Assembly: GCA_963710545.1 (NCBI GenBank)
Contig: CAVQAJ010000011.1
Coordinates: forward strand, 203,113-267,112
Source of the DNA: an uncultured Acidobacteriaceae bacterium
GTDB lineage: Bacteria; Acidobacteriota; Terriglobia; Terriglobales; Acidobacteriaceae
Length of the DNA stretch: 64,000 nt
Direction of reading: 5' to 3'
Shown here one piece after another: positions 53,113 to 63,405 of the stretch (the stretch's first letter is position 1; the number at the start of each line of letters is the position of its first letter). The position numbers and the translations under genes are program-made. The notes below the pieces were generated by a model. It did no database searches and was not told the DNA's origin. It worked only from the letters and a program-made list of their open reading frames with translations.

Positions 53113-55179
53113 ATGGCAAAGTCCCCCCGCGTGAAGATTGCGCGCTTTGCGGAGCAGGCGCGCGTGGTGCTGAAAGGCAGCGAGAAGGCGGCTGCGGAAA
53201 ATGCGGTCCATGTGCAAGCCACGCCGGAGACGGCGCAGGTGACCCTTTCGGTCATTGTGAAGAGGAAAAAACCGTTGAAGATCAACACGCGCGGCGGGCG
53301 GGCCACCGGGCCGGTGCGCGTGAGCCGGGAGGAGTACAAGAAGAACCACGCCGCGGACCCGGCGACGGTCGAGCAGGTCATCGGGTTCGCCAAAGAATTC
53401 AACCTCAAGGTCGAGGCCGACCCCACCGGGACAGCGGGGCGCACGATGAAGTTGACAGGCACGGCGGCCGATATCAAGAAGGCGTTTGGCGTGGAGCTGA
53501 ACCAGAAGACCATCGAGGGCGTGGAGTACCGCGTGCGCGAGGGCGGGATTCAACTGCCGGAGTCGCTGATCGGCTCGGTCGAAGCGGTGCTGGGGCTGGA
53601 CAACCGGCCGCAGGCCAAGCCGCACTTCCGCGTAAGGAGGCTCCAGGCAGCGGCCGAGGCGGCCGCGGCGCCCACCAGCTACACGCCGCCGCAGGTGGCG
53701 CAGGCCTACCAGTGGCCGGCCACGGCCAGTGGCGCCGGGCAGACGATCGGGATTATCGAACTGGGCGGCGGCTACCGGCAGGCGGACCTGACGACCTACT
53801 TCCAGTCGTTGCACCAGGCCGCGCCGCCGATCAAGGCAGTGAGCGTGGACAAGGGAAAGAACGCGCCGTCAACGTCTTCGAGCCCTGACGGCGAGGTGAT
53901 GCTGGACATCGAAGTGGCCGCCGCGGTCGCCCCAGGGGCGAACATCGTGGTCTACTTCACGCCCAACACCGACCAGGGGTTCACCGACGCGATCTCGACG
54001 GCGATCCACGACGAGACCAACAAGCCGAGCGTGATCTCGATCAGCTGGGGCGGGCCGGAGTCGAGCTGGACGCACCAGGCGATGATGGCGCTGGACGCAG
54101 CCTGCCAGTCGGCGGCGGCGCTGGGGATCACGATCACGGTGGCCGCCGGTGACAACGGGTCGACGGACGGCTTGACGGGCAATAACGTGGACTTCCCGGC
54201 CTCGAGCCCGCACGTGCTGGCCTGCGGCGGGACCAAGCTGGACGCCAATGGATCGACCATCGTTTCCGAGGTGGTGTGGAACGAGCTGGCGGTCCAGGAC
54301 GGCGCGACGGGCGGCGGGGTGAGCAACGTGTTTCCGCTGCCCAGTTGGCAGGCGAATGCCAACGTGCCCGCGCCGGCGGTGAGCGGCGGGGGGCGCGGCG
54401 TGCCCGATGTGAGCGGCGACGCCGATCCGAATACCGGTTACCAGATTCGCGTGGACGGCCAGAACACGGTCATCGGCGGCACCAGCGCCGTGGCTCCGCT
54501 GTGGGCTGGCCTCGTGGCCGTGGCCAACCAGCAACTGGGCACGGCGGTGGGATTCATTCAGCCGGCAATCTATGCGGCGAAGGCTGCCGCGGCGTTCAAC
54601 GACATCACGCAGGGAAACAACGGGGCGTTTTCCGCCGGGCCGGGCTGGGATGCATGCACCGGGTTGGGGTCGCCGATCGCCAGCGCCCTGATTCCGCTCC
54701 TGGCGGCTGCCGCACCTCCGCCGCCGCCTCCTCCACCGCCGCCGCCGCCGCCGCCGCCACCTCCACCTCCACCTCAGCCGCCACCGCCGCCACCTCCACC
54801 TCAGCCGCCGCCACCGGTGAAGAAGAAGCATAAGAAGCATAAGAAGAAGGTGGTTGAGGCCAAGCCGGTCGTGAAGAAGGCCGCGAAGAAAGCGCCGGAC
54901 AAGAAGGCCGCCAAGAAGGCCGGGGAAAAGGCTGCGAAGAAGACTGCCGGCAAGAAGGCCGCCAAAAAGTCAGCCAAGAAAGCGTCTCGCAAAAAGGCGG
55001 CTAAGAAGGTCGTGAAGAAGGCTGCCAAGAAGGCTGGCGGCAAGAAGGCTGCCAAGAAGGCTGTGAAGAAACTCGCGAAGAAGGCGGCGAAAAAGACCGC
55101 CGGCAAGAAGGCAGCCAAGAAGGTTACCGCGAAGAAGGCCGGTAAGAAGGCGGGCGGAAAGAAAAAGAAAAAGAAGTAG
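53113..55179 (+). CDS. Sedolisin (S53, kumamolisin-like) pro-peptidase fused to a polyproline linker and a Lys/Ala-rich histone-H1/AlgP-like tail
   Basis: The pro-kumamolisin activation region is followed by SYTPPQVAQAY, GEVMLDIEVAAA (Glu/Asp), ISWGG, AAGDNG and GGTSAVAPLWAG (Ser). Next comes P20QP8QP4, then ~120 aa of KKAAKKA-type repeats ending KKKKKK. No N-terminal signal peptide is evident. Confidence 0.9.
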   Translation: MAKSPRVKIARFAEQARVVLKGSEKAAAENAVHVQATPETAQVTLSVIVKRKKPLKINTRGGRATGPVRVSREEYKKNHAADPATVEQVIGFAKEFNLKVEADPTGTAGRTMKLTGTAADIKKAFGVELNQKTIEGVEYRVREGGIQLPESLIGSVEAVLGLDNRPQAKPHFRVRRLQAAAEAAAAPTSYTPPQVAQAYQWPATASGAGQTIGIIELGGGYRQADLTTYFQSLHQAAPPIKAVSVDKGKNAPSTSSSPDGEVMLDIEVAAAVAPGANIVVYFTPNTDQGFTDAISTAIHDETNKPSVISISWGGPESSWTHQAMMALDAACQSAAALGITITVAAGDNGSTDGLTGNNVDFPASSPHVLACGGTKLDANGSTIVSEVVWNELAVQDGATGGGVSNVFPLPSWQANANVPAPAVSGGGRGVPDVSGDADPNTGYQIRVDGQNTVIGGTSAVAPLWAGLVAVANQQLGTAVGFIQPAIYAAKAAAAFNDITQGNNGAFSAGPGWDACTGLGSPIASALIPLLAAAAPPPPPPPPPPPPPPPPPPPPQPPPPPPPPQPPPPVKKKHKKHKKKVVEAKPVVKKAAKKAPDKKAAKKAGEKAAKKTAGKKAAKKSAKKASRKKAAKKVVKKAAKKAGGKKAAKKAVKKLAKKAAKKTAGKKAAKKVTAKKAGKKAGGKKKKKK

Positions 55180-55231
55180 CTGCCTGCCGGAGCGTCTTCG
55201 TCAGCGGGACCTCAACCCTGCGGGTGGTCAA

Positions 55232-55259
55232 GGTCTCAAAATCGAGACCCGAGCCACCC
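55232..55259. repeat. Family C hairpin repeat
   Basis: GGTCTCAAAATCGAGACCCGAGCCACCC has the hairpin GGTCTC-AAAATC-GAGACC. Confidence 0.7.
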
Positions 55260-55294
55260 GCATACGGCGTGACCGGCGCGTCCGGCAGGGCCGC

Positions 55295-57154
55295 TCACTT
55301 TTGCGGCTGATTCGCGTATGCCGACAGAAATTGCGCCACTGCGTTGGCGACAATCTGGTAGCCTTTCGCGTTCAGGTGCAGCAAATCGGTCTCGGTGAGG
55401 GGCGTGCCGGTCTCGTGCGCAACGTTGGCTCCGCCAAGGTCGCGCTCCACGGTCGCTGTGTGCCCGGTGATGGCAGTAATGAGGACATTTTCAGCGTTCT
55501 CCCCGGTCCCGACGGTGAGTACGCCGCCGGCCCCTAGGCTCCCGACGGAGGTATTGAACGTCAAAGCCGTATCTGCCGGGCCCATCGGCTCAGTCAGAAC
55601 TCCGATTGCATTGATGGCTCGCAGCGACGTGGGCGGCTCGTCGTGATTGAAGTCCGCCACATCCGTGGCCTGGCTGGGATCGTAACTGGAGACCAGCACC
55701 TGCCGTATATCCAGATAGTGCGGCCCGTAGCTATTTGCCAGGCGATTGTTCAGGGAGATTTCGGCCGCGTAGGAGGGGCCGCCGATCCATTCGTTGGGGT
55801 CGTTGGCGTTGATGTTGGCCAGAACCAGGTAGGTCTGACCAGAGGGAACGGTCGCAACCTGGGCGGCGATATCGAACAGGATCCACGAGTTGTCGTTGTG
55901 ATCGTTGCGGCCCTCCCAGAGGACGGGTATCCAGGCGGCATAGTGCGTATCGACGACAAACTGCGGACTTCCCGGCGCACTCACCGTACTTCCAACCGTG
56001 GTGCGCGTGAAGGTATAGATCCCCGCATCGTAGGTCACGAGGCCGTGCACGCCGAGGATGGTGCCGCCGGCGCCGCCCTCAGGCCCCCAGGAAGTAACCG
56101 GTTCGCTCCCGGCTGGAAACGTGACAGTGACGCCGCCCGTGGCTGGAATCAACCCCCCGGAAACAGTCGCATAGGTTGGAATGGCCCCTTCCCGAACCGC
56201 GAGCTGGGTCGTGGAGTTGGCAGGCACGGCCTGGTTAACAACGGGCAGGGTGACCAGTTGCGCAAGCTCGTCGGGGAAAGCGCCTTGATCCACTCTGCCT
56301 TGATTCCCGACAGCGAGCGAATCGCCCCAGGCCACCACGCCGAAAGGAAGAACATCCAGGGTCGCGCTAGCCTCGACCGGGTCGTAGTCAACCTGGTCGG
56401 TGGGTGTGAAAGCGGCAGCCAAGGTTTGAGGGCCCGGCGAGCTCAGGATTGCCCCGGCGGCAGGCGAGTAGACGAATGTCCCGGGCACGGCGCCGCCCGG
56501 CCCAGAGGCCGCTGCGTCTAGCTGGGTCGAGGTCAGGGCCATCCCTACGGCGATTGTCCCGGCAGGCGCCCAGGCGATGTTGGGCGTCGCCTTGCTCACA
56601 ATCAGAGTCACGCTGGCGGTGGCGGTGGCGTAATCCACGGAGTCAGTTGGGGTAAAGGTGACAGAAAGCGTCTGCGAGCCGCCGGAGAGGACGGCGCCGG
56701 GAGCTGGACTATAAGCGAAGCTCCCGGGAACGCTGGCGGTTGCATCCAACTGCGTGGCGCTCAGTGGTGTGCCATAAGGCATGGCGGCCGGTGTGGGCCA
56801 ATTCAACACCGGGTTCGCCTGACCGACAATCAGAGTCACACTGGCGGTGGCGGTAGCGTAATCCACGGAGTCAGTTGGGGTAAAGGTGACGGAAAGCGTC
56901 TGCGAGCCGCCAGAGAGGACGGCACCGGGAGCTGGACTATAAGCGAAGCTCCCGGGAACGCTGGCGGTTGCGTCCAGTTGCGTCGCACTCAGCGCTGTGC
57001 CGTAGGCAATCGGCGCCGGCGTCGCCCAGCCGATCGTCGGGACCTGCCTGGGAGGCAGGCCGGCACTTCCACCACAGCCGATAAGCAGGCAACCGAAACC
57101 CGTCCCGAGCGCGAGGATGCCAATTCGGACGTATCGCCAACCCTTCGGGTGCAA
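55295..57154 (-). CDS. Lipoprotein with three Ig-like repeats and a C-terminal SGNH/GDSL-hydrolase-like domain
   Basis: The lipobox-like sequence is LLIGCGG. Two nearly identical 76-aa repeats (..LSATQLDATASVPGSFAYSPAPGAVLSGGSQTLSVTFTPTDSVDYATATASVTLIV..) are followed by a diverged third. Block I is VVAWGDSLAVGN and block V is DLLHLNAKGY. Confidence 0.75.
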   Translation of the reverse strand: MHPKGWRYVRIGILALGTGFGCLLIGCGGSAGLPPRQVPTIGWATPAPIAYGTALSATQLDATASVPGSFAYSPAPGAVLSGGSQTLSVTFTPTDSVDYATATASVTLIVGQANPVLNWPTPAAMPYGTPLSATQLDATASVPGSFAYSPAPGAVLSGGSQTLSVTFTPTDSVDYATATASVTLIVSKATPNIAWAPAGTIAVGMALTSTQLDAAASGPGGAVPGTFVYSPAAGAILSSPGPQTLAAAFTPTDQVDYDPVEASATLDVLPFGVVAWGDSLAVGNQGRVDQGAFPDELAQLVTLPVVNQAVPANSTTQLAVREGAIPTYATVSGGLIPATGGVTVTFPAGSEPVTSWGPEGGAGGTILGVHGLVTYDAGIYTFTRTTVGSTVSAPGSPQFVVDTHYAAWIPVLWEGRNDHNDNSWILFDIAAQVATVPSGQTYLVLANINANDPNEWIGGPSYAAEISLNNRLANSYGPHYLDIRQVLVSSYDPSQATDVADFNHDEPPTSLRAINAIGVLTEPMGPADTALTFNTSVGSLGAGGVLTVGTGENAENVLITAITGHTATVERDLGGANVAHETGTPLTETDLLHLNAKGYQIVANAVAQFLSAYANQPQK

Positions 57155-57242
57155 GGCGACAACTCACTTTCTTATCGGTGATTCAAGAGCTGGCGAAACA
57201 TCAAACTATCCAGTGTCCTGGGGGGACTTGAGCCTTAAAACT

Positions 57243-57362
57243 GGTTGCATAAACGGGGTTTTGAAAGGGCACGGCTTCAGCCGTGCCGCCAGAACCGCAT
57301 AAAACCTGGGCTTTAGCCCCTGAGGGATGGCTTGTCGCTAGCCGAGCAACATTTATGCAACC
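57243..57362. mobile_element. MITE-like element (family B), 120 bp, second copy
   Basis: Terminal inverted repeats GGTTGCATAAA (57243-57253) and TTTATGCAACC (57352-57362). The internal modules are the same as the copy at 9219 (GGGCACGGCTTCAGCCGTGCC, GGGCTTTAGCCCCTGAGGG). Confidence 0.75.
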
Positions 57363-57483
57363 AGTTCTAGTGTAACCGCCCTTACTCACTCGCCCAATGC
57401 ATTTGCTTTTCCGTGAGGGCCGGCAACGCCCATACCCGCAGGCATCGAGTGGGTTGAAGGAGCAGAATCGGCGGCCCGCCGCC

Positions 57484-58209
57484 CTACTTTGCCGCCATGT
57501 CCAGCATGGCCTTCACATCGGCGGCATGTGGGCCGTCGGGGGCCAGCTCAAGGTACTTTTCAAGCGCATGGCGCGTCTCGGCTGAGATCGCCGCTTTGCC
57601 TTTTGCGTCCACCGTCGCGTCGGCAAAGAGAGCCGACCCGAGAATGAACCAGGCATCTGCCTTGGATGGGTCCGCCTGCAGGCAACTGCGGCAGGCCGCC
57701 GCCGCCTCATGAGTATTCCCGGTATTGTAGAAAACAGCGCAGATATTGAAGAGAGCCCTTCCCGGGTTCGACGACAGCGCGGCCCATCGATTGTAAGCGT
57801 CGATCGCGTCGGCGTCGCGATGCAGTTTGAGCAGCGCATTGCCCTTGCTCGCCCAGATCTTCCCCACGCCATCTTTCCATTCGCCAAGCGGCTGGCTTTG
57901 CGCGGGTCTTTCGCGCTCGGCCGCGGCCAGGGCGCGGTCGTAAGTGGCCAGCGATTCCTGCGCCGCCCCGGAGCTGAGTTGCACGTCCGCCAGCAGGCGC
58001 AAGTTGAGTGATGAGGCGCTCGCCTCGACAAGCTTTTGCGCCGCTGCAACTGCGCCCTGCCAGTCCCGTGCTTGCAAGGCCTGGTTGTATGCAGCGGTCA
58101 GCCCCTGGAGGTCCTGGGCGTCCCCGCTCCTGGGCGCTTGCGCGGCGGACGGCAATGTGAAGACGAGAGAAGCCAGTGCCAGATTGAGAAGCGGGAGGGA
58201 CCGGCGCAT
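57484..58209 (-). CDS. Secreted TPR-repeat protein
   Basis: MRRSLPLLNLALASLVFTLPSAAQA is a signal peptide. TPR-like helices follow (..AIDAYNRWAALSSNPGRALFNICAVFYNTGNTHEAAAACRSCLQADPSKADAWFILGSALF..). Confidence 0.7.
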   Translation of the reverse strand: MRRSLPLLNLALASLVFTLPSAAQAPRSGDAQDLQGLTAAYNQALQARDWQGAVAAAQKLVEASASSLNLRLLADVQLSSGAAQESLATYDRALAAAERERPAQSQPLGEWKDGVGKIWASKGNALLKLHRDADAIDAYNRWAALSSNPGRALFNICAVFYNTGNTHEAAAACRSCLQADPSKADAWFILGSALFADATVDAKGKAAISAETRHALEKYLELAPDGPHAADVKAMLDMAAK

Positions 58210-58314
58210 TGCGCACCTCGATTCGCTGATGATGCGGGAACGGCAACACATTAGCCCTGCGCCGGGCGGAAAGCAAGTGACTTCAATCGTGGGTGAGCGG
58301 AATCCTGCTGCCCC

Positions 58315-60822
58315 TCACTCTCCGTCCGGCGGGACCTGCTCGAGGAGGCGCTTCCAGGTCTTCTGGTTCTTGCGGAAGCCGCGCTTCAGGTCTTCCAGAA
58401 TCCGCTCGAAGTCGCCATTGGTTTTGAGGTTGTTCCAGGCCGGGTTCTTCTGGAACCAGGGGTAGTTTTCGTTGCCCAGATAAATGGCGCGGCGCAGCCA
58501 GTGAAGGGCTTCGCTGGAGTCGCCTTCGACGGCGAAGTAGGTGGCCAGCCGGTAGGCCATCTCGCTGTCTGCCTCGGCGGCGGACAGGGTTTCGTCCGTC
58601 AGCAACGCGGCGCCGCGCTCCCAGGCGCCCATCTGCACGTAACAGAGGGCCAGTGTGGGCACGGCGATGCGGAGCGAACTGTCGTCGTGAACCACGCCTT
58701 CCAGAATCTGAATGGCTTTGTCGAGATGGCCGAGGCGCATCTGCTGGTAGCCGGCGGAGGTGCGCAGCAGGGGATGGCGCGGCTCCAGGGCCAGGCCCTT
58801 CTCCAGTTCGTCGCCGGCCAGCTCGATCTGGTTCTGATAGTGGTAGACGCGGGCGCGGTGGTTGTAAAGGATGGGCGCGCCGGCGGGGTTGAGCTTGAGG
58901 GCGCGGCTGAACTGCTCCAGCGCCTCGTCGTACATGCCGTCGCCGCGCAGGGCGATGCCGGCCACCATGTGCACGTTCCAGTCGTTGGCGGCGCTGGAGA
59001 GCAGGTTGGCGATGCCGTGGCGCGCCGACTCCTTTTCTCCGCGCGAGAGCAGCATGTAGATGCGGTAGAGGTTGGCCTCGGTGGAGGCGGGATCCAGGCG
59101 GAGCGCCTCATCGAAATCGCGGCGTGCGTGCATGACGTGAATCTGGCCCCCGAAGCCGTGGCGGACGTATTGGAGCTCGGCGATGCCCAGCCCGCACCAG
59201 CCGGCGGCGAATTCGGGGTCGGTGGCCGTGACGCTGGTGAACAGCGCTTGGGCGTGGTCCAGGTCGGCGCGCGAGCCGGTGCGCACCATGAAGGAGCTGA
59301 GCAGCGCGCGTGCCTGGAGATACTCTTCGCTGACCCGGCCGGGGAGGGACCGACTGGCTCCATTGGCCGCGTCGCGCGCGGCCGGGCGCGGGAAGTCGAC
59401 CCCCACCGTGTTCATGCGGTCGGAGGCCGAAAGGCCGTGGAGCGCGGCAAAGACTTCGTTGGAGATTTCGGTCTGCACGGCGATCAGGTCCAGCGAAGCG
59501 ACGCGGATGGCGCCGCCCGAGCGCACGCTCTGCGAGGCCACGTCGAGCAGTTGCCAGTTCAGGTCGAAGCCCTCTTCCGAGCGGAGAAAATTGCCGGCAA
59601 GGACGAAGGAGACGAGCAGCTTCTGGCCCACCGAGAGCGGGTCCATCTGCGCGATGGGCATGTGCATGAGCGTGCTGGAGGGGCGGACCACGAGGGCCGG
59701 AATGCGCGCCAGGCGGGCGGCGATCGCGTCGGCCAGGGCGAAGCCGTAGAGCGGAGCCACCTCGGTTGCGCCGAGGTTGGTGAAAGGCAGGACCACAAGG
59801 GAGTTTTGAGGCGCGCGGTCGACGGCCGACTCACGAAAGCGCTCGGCCAGCATGGAGAGAAATCCCGTGTTCCGCTTCTCCGCCTCGACGCCGGTGGTGG
59901 GCAGGTTGGCGGCGGCCTCGCCGGGGATGATGCCGGTCTCAATCTGCAGCGCCTTCATGATGGTCTTGAGAGCTTCCCGCACTTCGGCGGCCGAGGCGTA
60001 GCGCGCGCTGGGCGTCTTTTCGAGACAGGCGGCGATCACGCTTTTGAGCTCCGGCGAGATGCCGGGGACAATGTGGCCGAGGTCTTCGGGGTCGGAGAAC
60101 TGGATGGCGCGGATGGCCTGGAAGTCTTCGGCGTCGGGGCGGGCAAAGGGATGGCGGCCGCTCACCAGTTCATAGAGGATGACGCCGAGGGCCCATACGT
60201 CCGACTGCACGCTCGACTGGCCGGTCACGAACTGCTCGGGCGCCATGTAACGGATGGTGCCGCCGCGGGCGGTGTAGGTGGCGGCCATGGACGCGTCCTT
60301 GGCCAGGGCGGGCTTCGAGGGGTCGAAGTTGGCGTCTTCCGGGCGCAGACGGCGGGCCAGGCCAAAGTCGAGAATCTTGACCAGGCCGCCGTCGGTGAGC
60401 ATCACGTTCTGGGGCTTGAGGTCGCGGTGGAAGATGCCCAGGGCATGGGCCGCTTGCAGGCCGTCGGCAATTTGTATTCCGACAGACAGCACCAGTTGCA
60501 GGCTGGCCGGTCCGCGGCCGATCAGCCGGTCCAGCGACTGGCCGGGCACGTACTGCATGACGATGTAGCCTTCGTCGGCGCTTTCGCCCACCTCGTAGAT
60601 GGCGCAGACGTTGGGGTGCTCGATGGCGGAGGCGAGACGGGCCTCGCGCAGGACAGTGGTCCGCATCTGTTCGGCCGAGAGCAGGCCGGTGCGGAGAATC
60701 TTGAGCACGACGGGGCGCTGCAGCAGCACGTCGTTGGCCAGATAGACCACGCCGCTGCCGCCCGCGCCCAGCTTGCGGAGAATCTCGTAATGTTCGATGG
60801 TTCTTCGCTTCATCTGCTCCAA
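58315..60822 (-). CDS. Hanks-type Ser/Thr protein kinase with a TolB-N-like segment and a C-terminal TPR domain
   Basis: [36 protein letters not shown]. Then [10 protein letters not shown]... and multiple TPR units. Confidence 0.9.
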   Translation of the reverse strand: MEQMKRRTIEHYEILRKLGAGGSGVVYLANDVLLQRPVVLKILRTGLLSAEQMRTTVLREARLASAIEHPNVCAIYEVGESADEGYIVMQYVPGQSLDRLIGRGPASLQLVLSVGIQIADGLQAAHALGIFHRDLKPQNVMLTDGGLVKILDFGLARRLRPEDANFDPSKPALAKDASMAATYTARGGTIRYMAPEQFVTGQSSVQSDVWALGVILYELVSGRHPFARPDAEDFQAIRAIQFSDPEDLGHIVPGISPELKSVIAACLEKTPSARYASAAEVREALKTIMKALQIETGIIPGEAAANLPTTGVEAEKRNTGFLSMLAERFRESAVDRAPQNSLVVLPFTNLGATEVAPLYGFALADAIAARLARIPALVVRPSSTLMHMPIAQMDPLSVGQKLLVSFVLAGNFLRSEEGFDLNWQLLDVASQSVRSGGAIRVASLDLIAVQTEISNEVFAALHGLSASDRMNTVGVDFPRPAARDAANGASRSLPGRVSEEYLQARALLSSFMVRTGSRADLDHAQALFTSVTATDPEFAAGWCGLGIAELQYVRHGFGGQIHVMHARRDFDEALRLDPASTEANLYRIYMLLSRGEKESARHGIANLLSSAANDWNVHMVAGIALRGDGMYDEALEQFSRALKLNPAGAPILYNHRARVYHYQNQIELAGDELEKGLALEPRHPLLRTSAGYQQMRLGHLDKAIQILEGVVHDDSSLRIAVPTLALCYVQMGAWERGAALLTDETLSAAEADSEMAYRLATYFAVEGDSSEALHWLRRAIYLGNENYPWFQKNPAWNNLKTNGDFERILEDLKRGFRKNQKTWKRLLEQVPPDGE

Positions 60823-61045
60823 GTTTACCGGGGATGCCGTCAGGAATGTCTCAAGGCACGGTGAATTGAGGCTAAGATTCTCGGATTGAATCGTTTGTGG
60901 GCTGGAAAACGGAGCGGTTTGCCTTGGCTGAACTGGGAGATCTGTTCTGGGTATCGCGGTGGGTTTTCTGGAGCAGTTGAAGAGCCACGCGTTCGATCAC
61001 AGGACGGGGCGGTTTGGGGTAAGGACTGAATAGCGAGTCGGCGGG

Positions 61046-61300
61046 TTAGTGCCCGAGCCGCGAGCGACTTTTGTCGACCGGCTTCGACGGCAGGCTGGCG
61101 AGGCGCTTCTGGCCGCGTCGGCCGAGGGCCAGCATGGTCAAGCCAAATATCAGCAGCACCAGGCCCCACCAAAAGTTGGCGTTGATGCCGAGGCTGGCGT
61201 TATAGATGGCGCTGCCCCGCGTGGCCAGGCCGAAGGCGGTGAGGATCATGCCGACCAGCGTGAACATCAAGCCCATGGGGACGCGTAGATCGAGACTCAT
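61046..61300 (-). CDS. Small two-TM membrane protein downstream of the SSS transporter
   Basis: MSLDLRVPMGLMFTLVGMILTAFGLATRGSAIYNASLGINANFWWGLVLLIFGLTMLALG... It is hidden at the end of a long wrong-frame ORF in the track. Confidence 0.5.
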   Translation of the reverse strand: MSLDLRVPMGLMFTLVGMILTAFGLATRGSAIYNASLGINANFWWGLVLLIFGLTMLALGRRGQKRLASLPSKPVDKSRSRLGH

Positions 61301-61362
61301 GTTTTGCTCCTTTTCCTGCGCCGGGCTCTCAAAGAGAAATCCGCGGCGCCGCGCAAAGATCC

Positions 61363-63186
61363 TCAGTAAAAGAAAATATTCAGCGCAACGGCCATCAGCA
61401 GCACGGCGACGGCCACGGCTTCCGGGCTCTTCCACCAGACGTTGTGCGCCTTGGGCGGCTTGGGCGTTAACGAGTGAACCAGGCCGACGAGTTCGGACTC
61501 CGGCCGTGCCTTGGTGGCCAGGCTCACGGCGACGGTGACCAGGAGGTTGGCGCCGAAGGCGAAGATGGCCCCCCAGAAGTTTTGCGACCTGTCGCTGGGG
61601 TAGTGATGGAGCACGGTAAGCCATCCGCCGTGAATGCCGGGCAGCGCCTCGATGGGCAGCGTGAGGCCGTGGTGCAGCATGGCCGCGGCGGTGCCGGAGA
61701 TGAGGCCGGCAAACGCCCCGTGCCCCGTCGCCCGCTTCCAGAACATGCCCAGCAGGAAGGTGGCGAAGAGCGGGGCATTGACGAAGGAGAAGACCAGTTG
61801 CAGCGCGTCCATGATGTTGTTGAAGTTGCCGGCCGCGTAGGCGGTGGCGATCGACAGCAGGATGCCGCCAACGGTCGCCCATCGGCCCACCGCCATGCAG
61901 TGGCGGTCGCTGGCGCCCTTGCGAAGGTAGGACTGGTAGAGGTCGTAGGTGAAGACAGTGTTGAAGGCGGTGACGTTGCCCGCCATGCCGCTCATGAAGC
62001 TGGCCAGCAGCGCGGTCAGGCCGAGGCCGAGAAGACCGGTGGGAAGGACGTGGAGCAGCAAGTTGGGCGTGGCCATGTCGTAGTCGAGCAAGGGCTCTCC
62101 GCTGGCGGTGAGCATGGGCTGGCCGGTGACGGAGTTGACCTTGGCCGGAACCAGGCCGCGGCCTTCTTCCACGTTGTGAGGGACGACCGTGGTGTCGCGC
62201 ACGATCATGCCGTTGACGTTGCGTTCGACCGTGGTGGAGTGGGGCGTGGGCAGGCCGATGGCCAGCAGGCCGGGCAGAATCACCAGGAACGGCAGGAAGA
62301 TCATCGGCACCGCGGCAATGAGAGGCGCACGCCGCGCCGACTCCATATTCTTCGCGGCCATGGCCGTCTGGATCACACGAAAGTCGGTGCACCAATAGCT
62401 TGAGCCGAGCACCAGGCCCAGCCCCATGCCGACGCCCACGATCTCAATGCCCATGGGGTTCGTCGACGCGTGCGCCACGCCGTGCCACTCGTGCATGAAG
62501 GACGCGGGAACCGAGGCCTTCAGTCCCGACCAGCCGCCGATATTCTTCAGGCCCAGCAGCACCAGCGGCAAAAAGCCCGCAACCAAGAGGAAGAACTGCA
62601 GCACGGCGTTGTAGATGGCGCCGGTGAGCCCGCCCAGGAGAACGTACGCCAGCACAATCAGCGCACAGAGCGCGACGGAGAAGGTGAAGATGCCCTGCGG
62701 CGGCCAGCCTAGCGCATAGAACAGCCCATCGAAGAGATGCAGCGCCTGCATGAGCCGGGCCATGGCGTACAGGGAAATGCCGGAGCTGAAGACGGTCATC
62801 GCGGCGAAGGAGCAGGCGTTGAGGGCGCGGGTCTTCTCGTCGAAGCGCATGCGCAGAAACTCGGGGACGGAGCGGGCCTTGGAGCCGTAGTAGAAGGGCA
62901 TCATGAAGATGCCCACGAAGATCATGGCGGGGATGGCGCCGATGGCGTAGAACTGGGCGGTTTCCAGGCCGTACTTGGCGCCGGATGCGCCCATGGCAAT
63001 CAGCTCTTGCCCGCTCATGCCGAAGCCGATGAACGCGAGGCCGCAAATCCAGGCCGGCAGCGCGCGCCCGGCCTGAAGAAGGTCCTTGCTCGTCTTCATG
63101 CTCGATTTGAGGGCATAGCCGATGCCCAGCACAAAGGCGAAGTAAAGCAGCATGATCAGCCAATCAACAGGGGTGAGGTTCAACAC
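61363..63186 (-). CDS. Sodium:solute symporter (SSS/SGLT family)
   Basis: The GTG at 63186 is preceded by AAGGAG 8 nt upstream. VLNLTPVDWLIMLLYFAFVLGIGYALKSSMKTSKDLLQAGRALPAW..., about 13-14 TM helices. Confidence 0.88.
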   Translation of the reverse strand: MLNLTPVDWLIMLLYFAFVLGIGYALKSSMKTSKDLLQAGRALPAWICGLAFIGFGMSGQELIAMGASGAKYGLETAQFYAIGAIPAMIFVGIFMMPFYYGSKARSVPEFLRMRFDEKTRALNACSFAAMTVFSSGISLYAMARLMQALHLFDGLFYALGWPPQGIFTFSVALCALIVLAYVLLGGLTGAIYNAVLQFFLLVAGFLPLVLLGLKNIGGWSGLKASVPASFMHEWHGVAHASTNPMGIEIVGVGMGLGLVLGSSYWCTDFRVIQTAMAAKNMESARRAPLIAAVPMIFLPFLVILPGLLAIGLPTPHSTTVERNVNGMIVRDTTVVPHNVEEGRGLVPAKVNSVTGQPMLTASGEPLLDYDMATPNLLLHVLPTGLLGLGLTALLASFMSGMAGNVTAFNTVFTYDLYQSYLRKGASDRHCMAVGRWATVGGILLSIATAYAAGNFNNIMDALQLVFSFVNAPLFATFLLGMFWKRATGHGAFAGLISGTAAAMLHHGLTLPIEALPGIHGGWLTVLHHYPSDRSQNFWGAIFAFGANLLVTVAVSLATKARPESELVGLVHSLTPKPPKAHNVWWKSPEAVAVAVLLMAVALNIFFY

Positions 63187-63405
63187 GGGCGCAGCTCCTT
63201 GGGTTGGATGAAGGGATTCGGCGTGGAGCCCGGTGAGGCGGGGCGACAAAGTACTGAAGCTACTCTACGCAGCGTTGCGAGGCCAGGTCCACATCCCTGC
63301 CGAGGTTGATCCTGTCCGGGAGACTCTCCCGCGGGCTCGCCGGAAACGCCAAGACCCTCCGGCACAAACCGGAGGGTCTTGAAACCCGCAGTAGAGAACT
63401 TCCGC

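Noticed and set aside
54801-55118. Antisense ORF encoding a Phe/Ala-rich peptide (MAAFLPAVFFAAFFASFF...), and other ORFs within 53869..54840.
   Set aside because: It is the mirror image of the Lys/Ala-repeat coding region of the sedolisin gene and is a low-complexity artefact.
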